Shown: positions 49,289-62,420 of the stretch, one piece after another
How the letters are laid out: every line of letters starts with the position of its first letter
How positions within the stretch are numbered: the stretch's first letter is position 1
Assembly (NCBI RefSeq): GCF_006345805.1
Contig: NC_043001.1
Coordinates: 186,001 to 250,000 of the forward strand
Direction: 5' to 3'
Origin: Octopus sinensis
Lineage: Eukaryota
DNA length: 64,000 bases
Program-made: the position numbers and the translations under genes
Notes under the pieces: model-generated
Seen by the model: the letters and a program-made list of their open reading frames with translations, nothing else
Databases searched by the model: none
What the model was told of the DNA's origin: nothing

Positions 49289-51174
49289 GTACAGTTTGTA
49301 ATAGTTCTTACACTGCCAATGGTTGGAGTTACAGCATCCCGGTGAATACTGCTACTGTTAGTTGATGATTTTATTAGCTACAAAACAAATTTCTATATCT
49401 AAAGACTTTTACATTAGCTGCCACTTGTGGTTTGCCCTTTAACAGTACAGTTCATATCTTGAGATTATGCTGTTCACATTTAAAACTTGGCTATATACAA
49501 CGGACCATTCAGGTATTAAACACACATCCAGTCTCAGAGGCCTCATAAAGGATCATAGACACTACCTTTCCTCCTGTTTAAAGGTATAAAAAATATTACC
49601 AAGAGTTAAGGAAGTAATTAAATAATAAATGTCTTACCTCAAAGTTTAAATTATTAACTGAAGCCAAAGTTTATAATGAAATTTAAAATAAGAAAATCAG
49701 TAAGCATATGACCAGATGAATGAAAAAGTTTACTATGACACAAAGGCAGACAGAGGAAACAATAAATAAAGTGATGGTATGTTGCCAACTTAATGGGGCA
49801 GTCCCATGAAAGGGAAGAATGTTATTGCTATTTAGCCCTATGAAACACTGTTTCCAGTTGGTCATAACACATTTTCTGTGTCATGTTTCCAAAGGGGAGA
49901 TAAGCACCTCCACCCAGCAAAGCCAGCATCCAGAGACTAGTTTCAGAGTCATTGCTTATCATCAGTCTGGAGTAGCATGGCCTGCTATCTGTCGATGCTT
50001 ATGCGCCTTTGAAAACATATAGATTTCAAGTGAAATGCATTCAGTGAGTTTGAGAATAGAAATATTACATTTTATACAGTAGCAGCATGACATAGTGATG
50101 GTATGTTGCCAACTTAATGTGGCAGTCCCATGAAGGGAAGAATGCAAAGAGAATTATAAAGTTATCAAGTGAAGAAAAAGTAAACTGTAACTATGATCAA
50201 AGAGTATTAAAACAAAAAAAAATCATGATCAGACATGGATGAACATTTAGCCAAGTACCTAAGTACATTAGTGGAACAAGCTGGATCCAAAAAATCAGAC
50301 TCAGATATGTATCATAACTGCACAAAGGACGTTAATAACAGTATTATCGCCTTTAATGCCAACCTGCTTGCCATCCTTAGCTCCTAAAGACAAACCCAAT
50401 GTTTGAAAGTGATCTAAATTAAACTTTCATCAAAATTTTGTTCCAAATACTAGCTTAACATTGACAAGTTATTTTAGAACATCTTTCATTTCTTCAAAAT
50501 TCATTGAAATAAAGGAAATAAATTTCATCAAAAATATGGCAAAAAACAATGTTAAAAGGACAATGGGCTGGTAATTGATGCAGAAGCCAAGTAGTGGTTG
50601 AGAAGAGAAACTACTAAGATGAGGATTAGGTGAAGATAGAGCGAAAGTAATGAGGAAGGATGACCAGAGGCATGATTCAACATATAAAAAAAATGCTAAC
50701 TGAACAATACTGTTACCATTTTGTTTCTGCCTTCCAAGTAAGATCCTCAATGATATATCATCCATGTTTGCATTCTGAGTTCAAATACTGCTGCTGGGGT
50801 CGACTCAGCATTTCATTCTTTCAGAATTGATAAAATAAGAACCAGCTGAGCACAAGGGTTGATGTAATCCACGTACCTCCTCCACCAGAATTGCTGGCTT
50901 TGAACCAAAATCGGAAACCATTATTATCATTATTGTCTATACAGTATTTGTATGAGAAAATATATAGTTTATTTAAAGTGTGTATGACAAAAATGTACAA
51001 TGGTTATTACTGAACAATGTATGGCCTGTATATAGTATTTGCATGACAAGAACATTGCATGGTCTACACATCATTTGTATGATGATACCATCATCTATAC
51101 AACAACTGTATGACAATAGTCTGAGAAATAATACACTTGTATGATATAATGATGCCACTGACAATAATAATGTA

Positions 51175-52025
51175 CAAGGCAGTATCAAAAGTTTCCTGGA
51201 CGAGTTATGTTTAATAAAAAACAACTTATTTACCTAAGTTTTAACATCATCTCCTTCCAAATAGTCACCTTGCACAGCAATACACAAGTCCCAGCATTCC
51301 TGCCACTTTTGGAATCTGTCCTGGAAGTCATTTTCCATAAGGGAGTTGAGGATCTTCTATGATTCGCTGTGGATCTCGACAACTATGTTAAAATGGCAGC
51401 CTTTGAGCTGCATTTTCATCTTGGGGAAGAGATGGAAGTCTGCAGGTACTGAACCTGACAAATAGGGTGGGTGTGGAAGTGATACTATGTTATTTTTGAT
51501 GAGAAACTCAGTTCATTAAAAAATCCAATTCATCAGATCCAGTCACTTTTGCTGAATGTCCTCCCTCAAACACTTGAAAATGTTGCAGTAAAACTCTTGA
51601 TTGATGCTCTGGTTCTGGGGAATGAATTACCACATTTCAGGGGACAACACTCATGGTAGGTCTTCAAGATCACACACCATCTTTCAGGGATGTTCTTCTG
51701 TTTTTGAAGCACCCATGTCACTCAAAACATTGTGTAAGACCCATTACCTTGTTGCTGTAAGCTAGCTGAAGCATGCTCAATGTTTCTGTAGCCACAAGTT
51801 TAACACAAAATTTTATATCAGCTCTTTGTTCCTGTCCATGAGAAAATCACAGACTACAGCAGACACATAATCACAAATCTCACAACTTGCATAGTAAACA
51901 GAGTGATGTCACTCAGCACACTGCCTCAAAAAGCTCACTGTAAGCTCTCACTGCACATGCAACTGCGTGCTGCCATCTGTTGGTGTGCTACACAACTACT
52001 CGAGGAACTTTTTGATACCAACTCA
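51175..52025 (-). mobile_element. Internally deleted, degenerate mariner
   Basis: TA|CAAGGCAGTATCAAAAGTTTCC and GGAACTTTTTGATACC TIR-like ends; minus strand encodes a CIAVQGDY-like mariner C-terminus. Confidence 0.72.
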
Positions 52026-52379
52026 TATTGTATCATCATGATGCTTGATATTATGATAGACATTTGATGAAGTTTTCATTCTTTTACTTTCTGTTTTGAT
52101 AACGTTTTTCAAGAAAGTACAAGAAATTGTTTTTAAATGTAATACATTTATATTTTAGTAATAGCTATTGAAAATATAAAATTAATGGTACTAAATCTTT
52201 TGGAAATCAGCTCTAGACTGATATTTAAATAATTTTCCTTATTTACCAAATAAATATAAATAACGGATAACCAACTTGGTGGATAGAGAGTATGGGACAG
52301 TCTGCACTCAGGTGCTACTCTCTCTTTGATCAATCTGATCAATTTTCAATGTGTCACCTACTTTCTGCAAGTTTGAAAT

Positions 52380-53000
52380 TCTCAGGATTGATGCCCTGCC
52401 TGAGGCCAACAGTTTTGGCCTACTCAGTGTGGACGAGATGTGTATTTCCACTGCACTCAGAGTAGCTGATGCCTGTGGGCCACTGTGATGTTGCTGTAGT
52501 AGACCTAAACTCCGTAGGCCTTCATGGTATGTCTTGCTACCTAAATGCTGGTCGTTTTCATGATCATATTGAGCTAAACCTAATCAATAAGTGGGCCCTG
52601 ACTTGAGTTAATATCCCCATAGCTCTGGAGCCAGTGGGATTATCCAGAACTGATGGGAAGAGACCAGATGGTGTAACCCTTTGTCTCTAGGCAAGAGGTA
52701 GGTACATCATCTGAAACAGCAGTCTCTGACTTTTTTTGCTCTTTCCCACAACTAGGATGCTGCAGTAAATGGGAGAGTCACTGCTTCAGTAGCTGAAAAG
52801 AACAAAATCCTGAAGTGAACCATTTTCCCCAGCCTGTTGTGTTTGAGATGTTTGAAGGAACTGGGCTGCTGACAGTGAAGTTCTTGTCGTTGTTGACAAC
52901 TCACTATACCAAGGTGTCAGATGATGTCCATGAGGGTTGGCTGTTCCAATGCCTCAGCCTCAGTATTACCCAAAATAATGCTAGTGAGTGTTGACTTGCT
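52380..53000 (+). mobile_element. Fossil RLE-type (CRE-like) non-LTR retrotransposon C-terminus
   Basis: GLHGMSC...AGRFHDH..LN..EPVGLSRTDGKRPDGVTL*ARGRYII* ... WLFQCLSLSITQNNA: zinc knuckle plus PD-(D/E)xK endonuclease, with in-frame stops. Confidence 0.8.
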
Positions 53001-55739
53001 TCACTAAGTTCCGTTGAACCTTTTGATGTGCAACCAACTGAGGCACTTAAGTGTTGAATTGAGGTTTCTTTATATTTTTATTTCTTCCTTCACTCATGTT
53101 TATGTTTAATTCAGCTTTGGATTTGTATTTTAATGTGGTTTTGAATTATATATGGATCATATACATACATGTTTTATATGTAATTATAAAAATTTCTAAA
53201 TTCAAATATATATATATATATATAATCATGTTAAAAAAGCTGCAAAATCTCTAAAATAAAAAAAGGAAGTGAGCATTGGAGAATGTATTAATATATAGAA
53301 AATTTACGAGACAGATCTGCTCCGCCAGTTGTGACATAGGACTAAATAACAACACCAATATAGGGATATGAACAATTAGGCCAAAGGAAATTTGAATATA
53401 AAGTTAAATATATGCTTGTTAGGTTGTTTTAGACATTTCTGACTCGGAATTTAGTTAAGTCGATGCTCCACCTACTAGAAATAGCAGCCAAATCTACAGA
53501 AAACGAAAGGACACATTAAACAACGAAGTCCTGGACGTAGACTGTCTTAAGTAAAGTCCGATGGTCGTGGCCGGAATGTATTAGTTATAGGAATCCGAAT
53601 TAATGCTGACCAGGGGTTAAATAGCATCAACAACAGAAGGCAAGGATTAATTACGTAACGAGTCAAAGATACACAGTGGTGGTCATATGAGGAATGTCTT
53701 TGATAACAGGTCTGATCAATCAACATTGACCTGAGCATAAACAACAACGATTTAGAGTAATTTATTATTTGAAGAAAAGGAATTAAAACAATTCCGGCGA
53801 AAAGAATCAACTCGACTCGAAGTTTACGGAAAAGATTAGAAAAGATTAGAAAAAACGTGGAGCAAAAAAGAATATTTTAAAGGAACTTTTGGATATACTC
53901 ACTGATTTTCACTGATATCAAATTAAATATCAGGTATGAGTGTAAAGAGGAAATATTCGGTTCCCAGTCCAACCTTACATGATGAAATTAAATAATAATA
54001 AACACCTTTTAATTAATTAATATTTGTTAATTGAGTCAAAACAAGGCAAACACAAAGTTTTGTGTCGGGAAATTCCAGGCCGTAAATGTTTAAAAAGAGA
54101 AATTTTGAAAAATATAAAATAGTTTCACATAGAAGTATTTTTAATAAAATATATTAATAATTTTGGAGTTAATTTCTCTCTCTGTTCGTCTCCAGAAATT
54201 TTACCGACATTTTCTGCCGAACTTATCTCTTCACTTAATTTAACCCTGGGTCGGTCTTGATGTCCTATCGGTCGTTCAACAGCATCCATTCAAACTAGGA
54301 TATATTTTCTGAAATATATTATCTTCTTCTACACAATTTAACCTAGTCTAGAATATATTATCCTTTCTATCTTCTGTTCAAAGAGGGTGTGGGTTGAGAA
54401 ATTTCATTGCTATTTCTAGTAAATCAGCCAGCCTTGTAAAGGTTCCTCCGTTGATTCGTTCTAAATTTTATTTCCGTTATTGATTTTTGTTCATAATTTC
54501 TCTTATGATACATCTTAACATTTTAGAGACAAAGGATGTTTTTTTTAAATTTATTTTACTCTATATTATTTAAGTTTAAAAGTATTAGTTACAAAAAATT
54601 ATTTTTTAAATGTGTCGGTCAAAGTGAAAAGATCCCATTTCTTTTTCAATTTAGTCTATTTTCGACAATTAGAGTGAAAATTAAGGATTAAATTCAAGGA
54701 TTGCCTTCTAGATTCCCCACTAGATTCCCCACGCATTTAATGAAAATCGGAATAAATCATTAAAAAAATCTGCTCCTACACGGTTTTAGTTTTCGTATTT
54801 CGCTTGACAGAGTCTTTATTTCGCATTTTGTAAACAACCATCTGTCTGATAATAACTACACTTTAGGGCCCATCTTTTTTTTTTCTTTACATCTTTAAAT
54901 AACCCCCATTTTCGTAACGAAACCTAGCAGATATATACGTTTTCAGAGGTGTAAGTGACGATTATACTATTGAAGTGAAAACTGTTTTCCCATTTTTTTA
55001 AAAATTAGAAACCATTCAACGACTTGCAGGTGACCATTGCACAACATTAAGAAATCTTCATCAGGATTTATTTATCAACAAAAACTCAGAAAGTACAAAA
55101 AAAAAAAAAAAACTCCACTTTACGTTTAGCATACGACATTTGGAATGTAATTTGATAATTTTCAACTTGTCTAGTCATAAGTTAAAATATAAACTGGGAA
55201 CATTTGAGGGATCCTCTGACGATGTTATAGTGATCATAACGAAATTAACGACTAGTTTAAAATATACCTTTCTCACCATTTATTGACCGAAGATCTTTTC
55301 TTTCTGAAGAAAAAAAAAACATTAAAAAAAATTTCATCTTCATCTACACACTTTCGGAAACGTATCTGTAAAATTTCATTTAAACTGCAATATTAAGAAA
55401 ATTACGAAGAAATAAAGTTGTGGTGGATGAACAGAATTTATTTCGTCTTTGACCTACATGGCCGTTTGATGTGTTAAAAATAGCTGCAACACCTCCCTCA
55501 GATCACACTCTACGTCTTAAATCGAGAAAGTTGCACATTAGATATTGTAGTTATGGATACTCATTACCTTTAATCATAAATCTACCTGAATAGAGAGGCG
55601 CAAGAGGCTAACAAGAATATGTAAAGAATTTTCAAAATTATTTAATTAAAAAATATGTTGTAAATTAGAGCTACATTCATACTTAACACACAAGTGAAGA
55701 AAGGCATTCACTGTACTATTTGTGTCGGCGAAAATGTTT

Positions 55740-56622
55740 TTGTAAACTGATGTCTTTCCTCCTTTGGACACACAAAGACCTGTTGAGGCAAGCGAAGTCG
55801 AAATCGAACCTCATCCGACGACAGGCACCCATGCCAACCCCACTTCATTGGACACTAAACTCTGCTTGCGAAGACCTGTTGGGGCAAGTGAAATCGAAAT
55901 TGAACCAATCCTATGACTGGCACCTGGTGGCAAGTGAAGAAACACCATTTCGACCCTGTGCTTGAGGAGATCCATTGAGTCAAGTACACCAACATCAAAA
56001 TCAATGGAAACTGCAGTTGTGATCCCTGAGCCGGTGGCATCTAAACAGCACTATCTGAAGGTGGCCGATGCCAGCGTCGCCTCAACTGGCTTCCGTGCCG
56101 GTGGTACGTAAAATGCACCATCCGAATCGTGGCCGATGCCAGCGACGCCTAGACTGGCTTCCATGCCGGTGGTATGTAAAAAGCACCATCCGAATCGTGG
56201 CCGATGCCAGCGACGCCTAGCCTGGCTTCCGTGCCGGTGGTACGTAAAAAGCACTATCCAAATCGTGGCCGATGCCAGCGTCGCCTAGACTGGCTTCCGT
56301 GCCGGTGGTACGTAAAAAGCACTATCCGAATTGTGGCCGATGCGAGCGACGCCTAGACTGGCTTCCGTGCCGGTGGTACGTAAAAAGCACTATCCGAATC
56401 GTGGCCGATGCCAGCATCACCTAGACTGGCTTCTGTGCCGGTGGTATGTAAAAAGCACTATCTGAATCGTGGCCGATGCCAGTGCCGCCTAGACTGGCTT
56501 CCGTGCCGGTGGTACGTAAAAAGCACTATCCGAATCGTGGCCGTTATTAGTGCCGCCTAGACTGGCTTCTGTGCTGGTGGCACGTAAAATGCACCAATCC
56601 GATCGTGGCCGTTGCCAGACTC
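55740..56622 (+). mobile_element. RTE 3' UTR fragment containing a 68-bp minisatellite
   Basis: 55740-56050 matches 30000-30110; unit starts at 56061, 56129, 56197, 56265, 56333, 56401, 56469, 56537, 56605. Confidence 0.88.
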
Positions 56623-56625
56623 GAT

Positions 56626-56860
56626 TTGTCTAGTCATAAGTTAAAATATAAACTGGGAACATTTGAACCTCAATTTCCAGATTACAAGTTCAGGTTTACA
56701 CCTATAATTTTGGGGGCAGTGGGATATGTAACACACTGCCTAAATACCAATCTTGAGAAATTAAGCTTCTCAAAAATAGAAAGGAGAAAGCTAAGACAGA
56801 TCCAATCCATCACTGGAACTGTAAACATCTGTAAAACTTTCCAGAAGTTTATCATTTAAA
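56626..56860 (+). mobile_element. R4/Dong-like RLE retrotransposon C-terminal fragment
   Basis: KYKLGTFEPQFPDYKFRFTPIILGAVGYV...QIQSITGTVNICKTF* resembles the PIxxGAxG...Q...GT ending of RLE ORFs. Confidence 0.65.
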
Positions 56861-57459
56861 TATATATGAGCATGTCTATATATGCAACTATATGCATGAG
56901 AATACATACATAAAACATACAAATCTGCATGCACATACACACATACATATAAACAAAAAAAACAACAAAATACCCTGTTGTTGATGTTGAAATTTCAATG
57001 AAGGAGCCTTGGATCTCGGTTAGAAACTGCAGCAAAATACATGCATAATCTGGATAAACTGGGATTTTTAGAAAGAGAAACTGACCGGCTGATTCATACA
57101 CTATAAATCCAATCTGTGAGTGGAACAGTAAAAATACGCAAGACTTTTCTCAAGTTCCAAATGTGAATTTGCCTGTGTTAACTGCATACCAAAGATGGAG
57201 CCTTGGATCTTTGTCAGAAACCAGCTTCCTCCTCAGTGGAAGATTTATAATAATTAAAAGCTACAAGTGACATACATACACACACACATGCATGCATGAA
57301 TGAATGAATGTGGACCAGGGAGTAAGTGATAAGAGACAGTAGCAGGGACTCAACTGAAGAATAGGAAGATAAAAGTTATCATTTACAACACTTGAGTAAG
57401 TCGTAGAACAGTTATAAGATTGATAGAAGTATGGACATTGGATGTGTTATTGAGGCGGC

Positions 57460-58700
57460 TTGACAGAACCCTATTTTTACTTGGTCCCTTGTCATCTCCT
57501 CTGTGAGGTACAGCATGTTAAAGTTAGTCTTTACTATTTCATCTCACATCTTCCTGAATCTTTCCACGAGTTCCATATACATTCCGCAAATAGTACTTCC
57601 TTATACAGCAGTTCTCATCCATCCACTCACATGACCATACCAGTGCAGTCTTCTCTTTTGCCCATTACATCTGGTGCCCCCTCATGCCCAATTTCTTTTC
57701 AATACATTTGTACTTTTTAACATGCACACTCACATTACACATCAGTGGAGCATGCTAGCTTCATATCTTCTGCATTTACAGTCCAAGTTTCACAGCCATG
57801 TAGCATTGTTGTACATATACAAGCATCTTAAAGTCTGCCTTTTCACACAGAGATCTTTTGTTACCAACATAGGTTATAACTTTCTGACCTTTCTCCAGCC
57901 AGTTCATATTCAAGCAACTATACTTTCAGGACCATCCTCTTTCATTGTTGATGTCTCAAGGTAACAGAAATTATCTACCACTTCTAAGGATCACCCTGAG
58001 TTTTCCAAAAAATCTATTTCTTGTGTGCTCTTAGTGTTGTTATACCTACACAACTGGTACAAAGTCCTTCTCTGTCAACTTTACTCTGATTCTACTACAC
58101 CTTGCACTGAGTATACAAAATGGAATTTCTACCTACACCTCTTATACATACTGAACAGCTTCCACAATAACCACCTGATAATGGAGTGAGAAACCCTGTT
58201 GAAGGAATTTTTCCAGGTTGACAAATGCCAGGTACATTGGTTTATTTTTCACGAAATATGTTTGATGTTGCCTTATTATAAGGAAAGCATCATTAGTACA
58301 CCAATCATTTGCTGTACATCCTGATTAACTATAAGGGTGACAAGGACATATTCCACTATGTCAAATGGTTTGAGTTAATTAGCAGTAATTCTTATAGAGA
58401 TGTGGCTTTCTCTGTCTTCATATTCCTTAAATGCTTTGTCTCCACACTGCTGTCAACAACAGCTGGACCCTCTTTCAGTTTCACATTAGGATGACTCTCT
58501 TTCCACCTTTCATTCTCCATATGTCGTAGTCTTCCCTAACAGCCCTTCCATGCCTCTTTTTTATCAGTGTCACTAAGTGCAAGTGTATCATAATTATTCC
58601 ATACAAACTTCTCTCCTACAGCAACTTGATTTTCTCTGATACATTACTTTGCAATCCGAAATACCTGAAGCCTCTGTTCCTCACATCACAGGACATTGAC
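57460..58700 (-). mobile_element. Degenerate RTE LINE RT and 3' fragment
   Basis: Reverse-complement similarity to RTE RT/C-terminal segments (GACCATACCAGTGCAGTC, TTGTCAACCTGGAAAAA). Confidence 0.7.
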
Positions 58701-59225
58701 AAATAATGATCCTTTCTGCTTCTATGTATACACACACGAGTGTCTGTGCGTTCATATTTGTCTCCTTTGTCTGACATTGTATGTTAGTTGTCAACAAACT
58801 CCACCATCATAGACACAGTATTGTTCATTTGCAATCTCCCTTGAAGACACATCCAGCTGTTGTGCTGCATATTACCTTGCTTGGAAACAGGTGATGGTTG
58901 GCAACAGAAAGAGTTTCTGGTTTCAGAAAATCTGCTTCAATGATATTTGTTTGAACCATGCAAGTATGTGAAAGTAATTTTTGAAATGTTAATGCTGATT
59001 ATGATTGAGGGAAATGTAGTTGCAATGTCACTCTGTGCTTTCGAAGATCAGCAAAACAAAAAGATTTCATACTTGAAATAAAGTAAAAGTCGTTGACAGG
59101 AAGGGCATTTGGCCAGAAATGCAGACTCAAATTAATATCCATACAACCCATGCCAGCATGGAAAAACATATAAAACAAATGAAATTAAAAATGTAAATAA
59201 ATCTCTAATACAAATGTTTATAGCA

Positions 59226-59231
59226 TTTATT
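59226..59231 (-). promoter_or_regulatory. Candidate polyadenylation signal (AATAAA) of MRPL38
   Basis: TTTATT on plus strand, about 20 nt downstream of the stop codon. Confidence 0.5.
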
Positions 59232-59250
59232 AAAAAAAAAAGAAGACACC

Positions 59251-59464
59251 TCAGTCATGTTTATGTAAATCCTTCCATTGATTTTTACCAAGTCTCATAT
59301 TTGATAGTTTTGACCTATACCATTTTGGATAAGTCAAAGGAATAGTGTAACTGTTAGGGTATAATGGTCTTGGAGAGGGTGGCTTGAAGGGAGAGGATGT
59401 CTTTAACTTTTCCTTTAATATTTCTTCGTTTATACTTTTACTATCTCTGTATATATCCAAGTAC
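59251..59464 (-). CDS. MRPL38: Mitochondrial ribosomal protein L38, last coding exon
   Basis: Acceptor ttttatcattcag|G; encodes YLDIYRDSKSINEEILKEKLKTSSPF...PLYPN...W...MRLG...*; in phase with the 61253-61340 exon (AA|G = Lys). Confidence 0.85.
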
Positions 59465-60879
59465 CTGAATGATAAAAGTACATTATATGTCAGACAATTA
59501 TTAACCATTTTAGACATTATATTCATACCAGAAGTAAAAAAAAAATGATTAAAATAAACATCATAACTCAACAAGTGATAATTTATCTTAATTTTAGGAT
59601 CTGGCTCATTTTTGTTTCTGATAAAAACAATACAGCTATTGCAAAATCTTAAAACTCTTTCATAAGTTTTGTCCTTCTTTTAGTACATATGTCCATTGTC
59701 CTTCTTATTACATATCACTTTATTATGAAATACAGTCTTTGAGGCACTACCAAGTCTATTCTAGATCTTAGATTTATACATCATACTGAGAGAAACAAAC
59801 TATGATGATGATGAATACTTATTAAATTAAAGAACAGCAAATTTCTAATTTGTATATTTGAAATATGTTAGGAATAATAATTCTACTTAAATATTATCGG
59901 CAGTAGGAAAACTATAACTACATTATCCAAATGACAACTCCAATGAAATCAGAGTTATCTGCCTTTGCATGAGTAACTGACATGCAACAATAATTTCAGA
60001 CTGAATTTCTGATGAGAAAACAAAGAAGGCAAATGACAAAAGCAATTTTAGGTGAAAGATATTTTTCATATAGACTTATGGTGTACTAAAGTTACGAAGG
60101 CAATGATAAAGGCTAAAAAAATATTGTTTGTAAAGGGAGAGGCATCCATCATGTAAAAATGTTGTGACATACCGTAGCATGGGAAACAATGGAAAATATG
60201 TTCCATATTAAATAATTCCACACAATAGCAAACTTTTCACAATACCTATAGTTTAAGTCAGTGAAAATGTCTCTTTGAAAACCAAATAGCACAAAATATT
60301 TTAAATGTATGTAGTTGTAGATAGAATTTGCTTGAAAGATGTTTAATAAAAATTAGTATTATATGTCACAACTAGACAGAATTTCATCCTGGCAGCATTC
60401 ATTTTTCTATGCTAACATGAGTTAGATGAATATAATCTTGAGACATTGATTCAGAGCTGGATATTCTTCTTGTCACCAACCCATACTTGTATTTTAAATT
60501 AAGGATCTCTTATTTCAAATGTCTTTGAAGGTACAAAGCAAGTGTAGGTATTTTTTTTTTTTGACAGGAGAAATGAAAATATGACTGAGTGTAGCTCAGT
60601 AACTCTGGAGAAATGCAAATATAAACACATATGCATGCACAAGCAGATTTCTTTCAGGTTCTGTCTATTACATTTGATAGAATAATTTGAATGATAACTG
60701 ATCAAAAACAGTGTGCGTCAGACTACATTATCCAATATCTCTGCATTTCCTGTACATTAATGTCACACACTACATATCATATGGTGACACAAAAACATTG
60801 ATTGCAAATAAAGTGACCAAATGCTAAGGAGTAATTCATTGAAAAGAGGCTGTTAATTCATTAACATCCTCTGTCTCCC

Positions 60880-61195
60880 TATTATAGTCTCTGGCTGACC
60901 AAAGCCTTGTGAGTAGATTTGGTCAACAGAACCTGAAAGAAACTTGAGTGTGTGTGTGTGAGAGAGAGAGAGAGCTTGTGCCTGCACTTGTTCACTACTA
61001 CTGCTTGACAACTGGTGTTGGTTTATTTACGACCCTGTAACTTAGTGACTTGGCAAAAGAAACTGATAAAATAAGTACCATGCTTAAAAAGGAAAAAAAA
61101 AGTGTTGGGGTCAATTTGCTCAACTAAAAATTCTTCAAGGCTTCATGGCTGCAGTCTAATGATTGAAACAATTAAAAGATGAAAGACAAAAGATA
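60880..61195 (+). mobile_element. SINE family B, 5'-truncated, intronic
   Basis: GACCAAAGCCTTGTGAGTAGATTTGG...CTTGACAAC...ATAAGTACC...GGCTGCAGTCTAATGATTGAAAC. Confidence 0.8.
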
Positions 61196-61252
61196 AAAAA
61201 CAGAAAATATATTGCTTTCATTATTTATCAGTAAAATAACTACAACACTTAC

Positions 61253-61340
61253 TTGTTGAAGGGTTTCTTATGTGGCCATTTTTTCTCTTTTGGATGATAT
61301 CTGACAGGATAAATGAATTCAAATGATGGTTCGGGCATTT
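61253..61340 (-). CDS. MRPL38: Mitochondrial ribosomal protein L38, penultimate coding exon (88 nt); earlier exons lie beyond the window
   Basis: Poly-T tract then tag|AA ATG CCC...TTC AAC AA|gtaagt; [36 protein letters not shown] resembles the MRPL38 C-terminal EPVFEF...YHPKQK.FPH.QP..YLDRYRD as recalled. Confidence 0.87.
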
Positions 61341-61739
61341 CTAAAAAAAAAAAAAAGAAAGAGGAATATAGATAAAAGCAGAAAAAAACTGTCAGAATAA
61401 ATGGATGAAAATAAGTTACAGGCTCTACTATTTTATACATAACTTCTTACACTTGCTTGATTTTTGATATTTTTTTTTTCTTCAAAACTGCCCTCCCTCT
61501 TTCAAATTACATTTCCCCTCATCAAGTTTAGAAGGTGACAAATGCAGGAAAAGGCTCTAGGCTCAGTTCAGACACCTATGTGAGGCTGCTGGAGATTGTG
61601 GTCAAATCCTGGCTGGAGAGGGTTGCTGATGAAAGGCCATGTGTTTGACAACAGGATTCAGGTCTTTGTTACATGTCCACAAAGAGTCAGAAGTAGTTGC
61701 TGGAGAATTTCTGTAACATCACCAGCTCCTATTTCTGAC

Positions 61740-62420
61740 AGTCACCCAGACTCACCACCACCACCATCAAGCATCTGCTTTCCATGCTGGCACGGGTAAG
61801 ATGTTTTGGTTGGAACTGTTAAGCCAGAGAGCTGCATTGGCTCCAATCTGTTTAGGCTTGCTTTCTATGGCTGGATGCTCTTCCTAATGACAACCACTGC
61901 ATAAAGTGTACTGGGTGTCTTTTATATGCCACTGGCAAATGTACCTTTTACATGTCACGGGCACAGGTGTTTTTTACGTGTCATTAGCATGGGTGCTTTT
62001 CATGTCTCACCAGTACAGGTGCCTCTCTTACATGTCATTGGCACAGGTGAATTTTGTATGTCACCGGCATGAGTACCTTTTACATGTCACCATCATGGAT
62101 GCCTTCTACATGTCACTGCCACAGGTACATTTTATGCGTCACTGGCACTGTGCATGACTACAATTTCATTTGACCTGGTGAGTCTTAAAGCACAGCAAAT
62201 TGCCAAAACTGTTGGTCACTTGTCATCTCCTGTGTAAGACTCAACATCCAAAGGTAATTCACCACCTAATCCCATGTCATCCTGCGTCAGTCTTTTCCAC
62301 AGGCTTCCTCCAGTTAGAGATCTTCTTTACACAGCTGTCTTCAGCCATATGCATTACATGACCATACCAGCACATTCTATTCTCTTGCACACTACATCTG
62401 ATGCCTCACATTGTAATCCA
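61740..62420 (-). mobile_element. Degenerate RTE 3' UTR/tail fragments
   Basis: GCTTTCCATGCTGGCA, GGATGCTCTTCCTAATGACAACC, repeated TTTTACATGTCA/TGTGCCAC units. Confidence 0.72.

Noticed and set aside
55216-55250. Hammerhead-like CTGACGA-T-GTTAT...ATAAC-GAAA
   Set aside because: The core and a stem II are present, but I could not form stems I and III with a valid NUH site in any topology; at best a degenerate relic.
56061-56622. Regularly spaced repeats resembling a CRISPR array
   Set aside because: The units are contiguous with no unique spacers, derive from an RTE UTR, and the context is eukaryotic with no cas genes.
60007-60040. CTGATGAG motif
   Set aside because: No stem II or GAAA-stem III arrangement follows.
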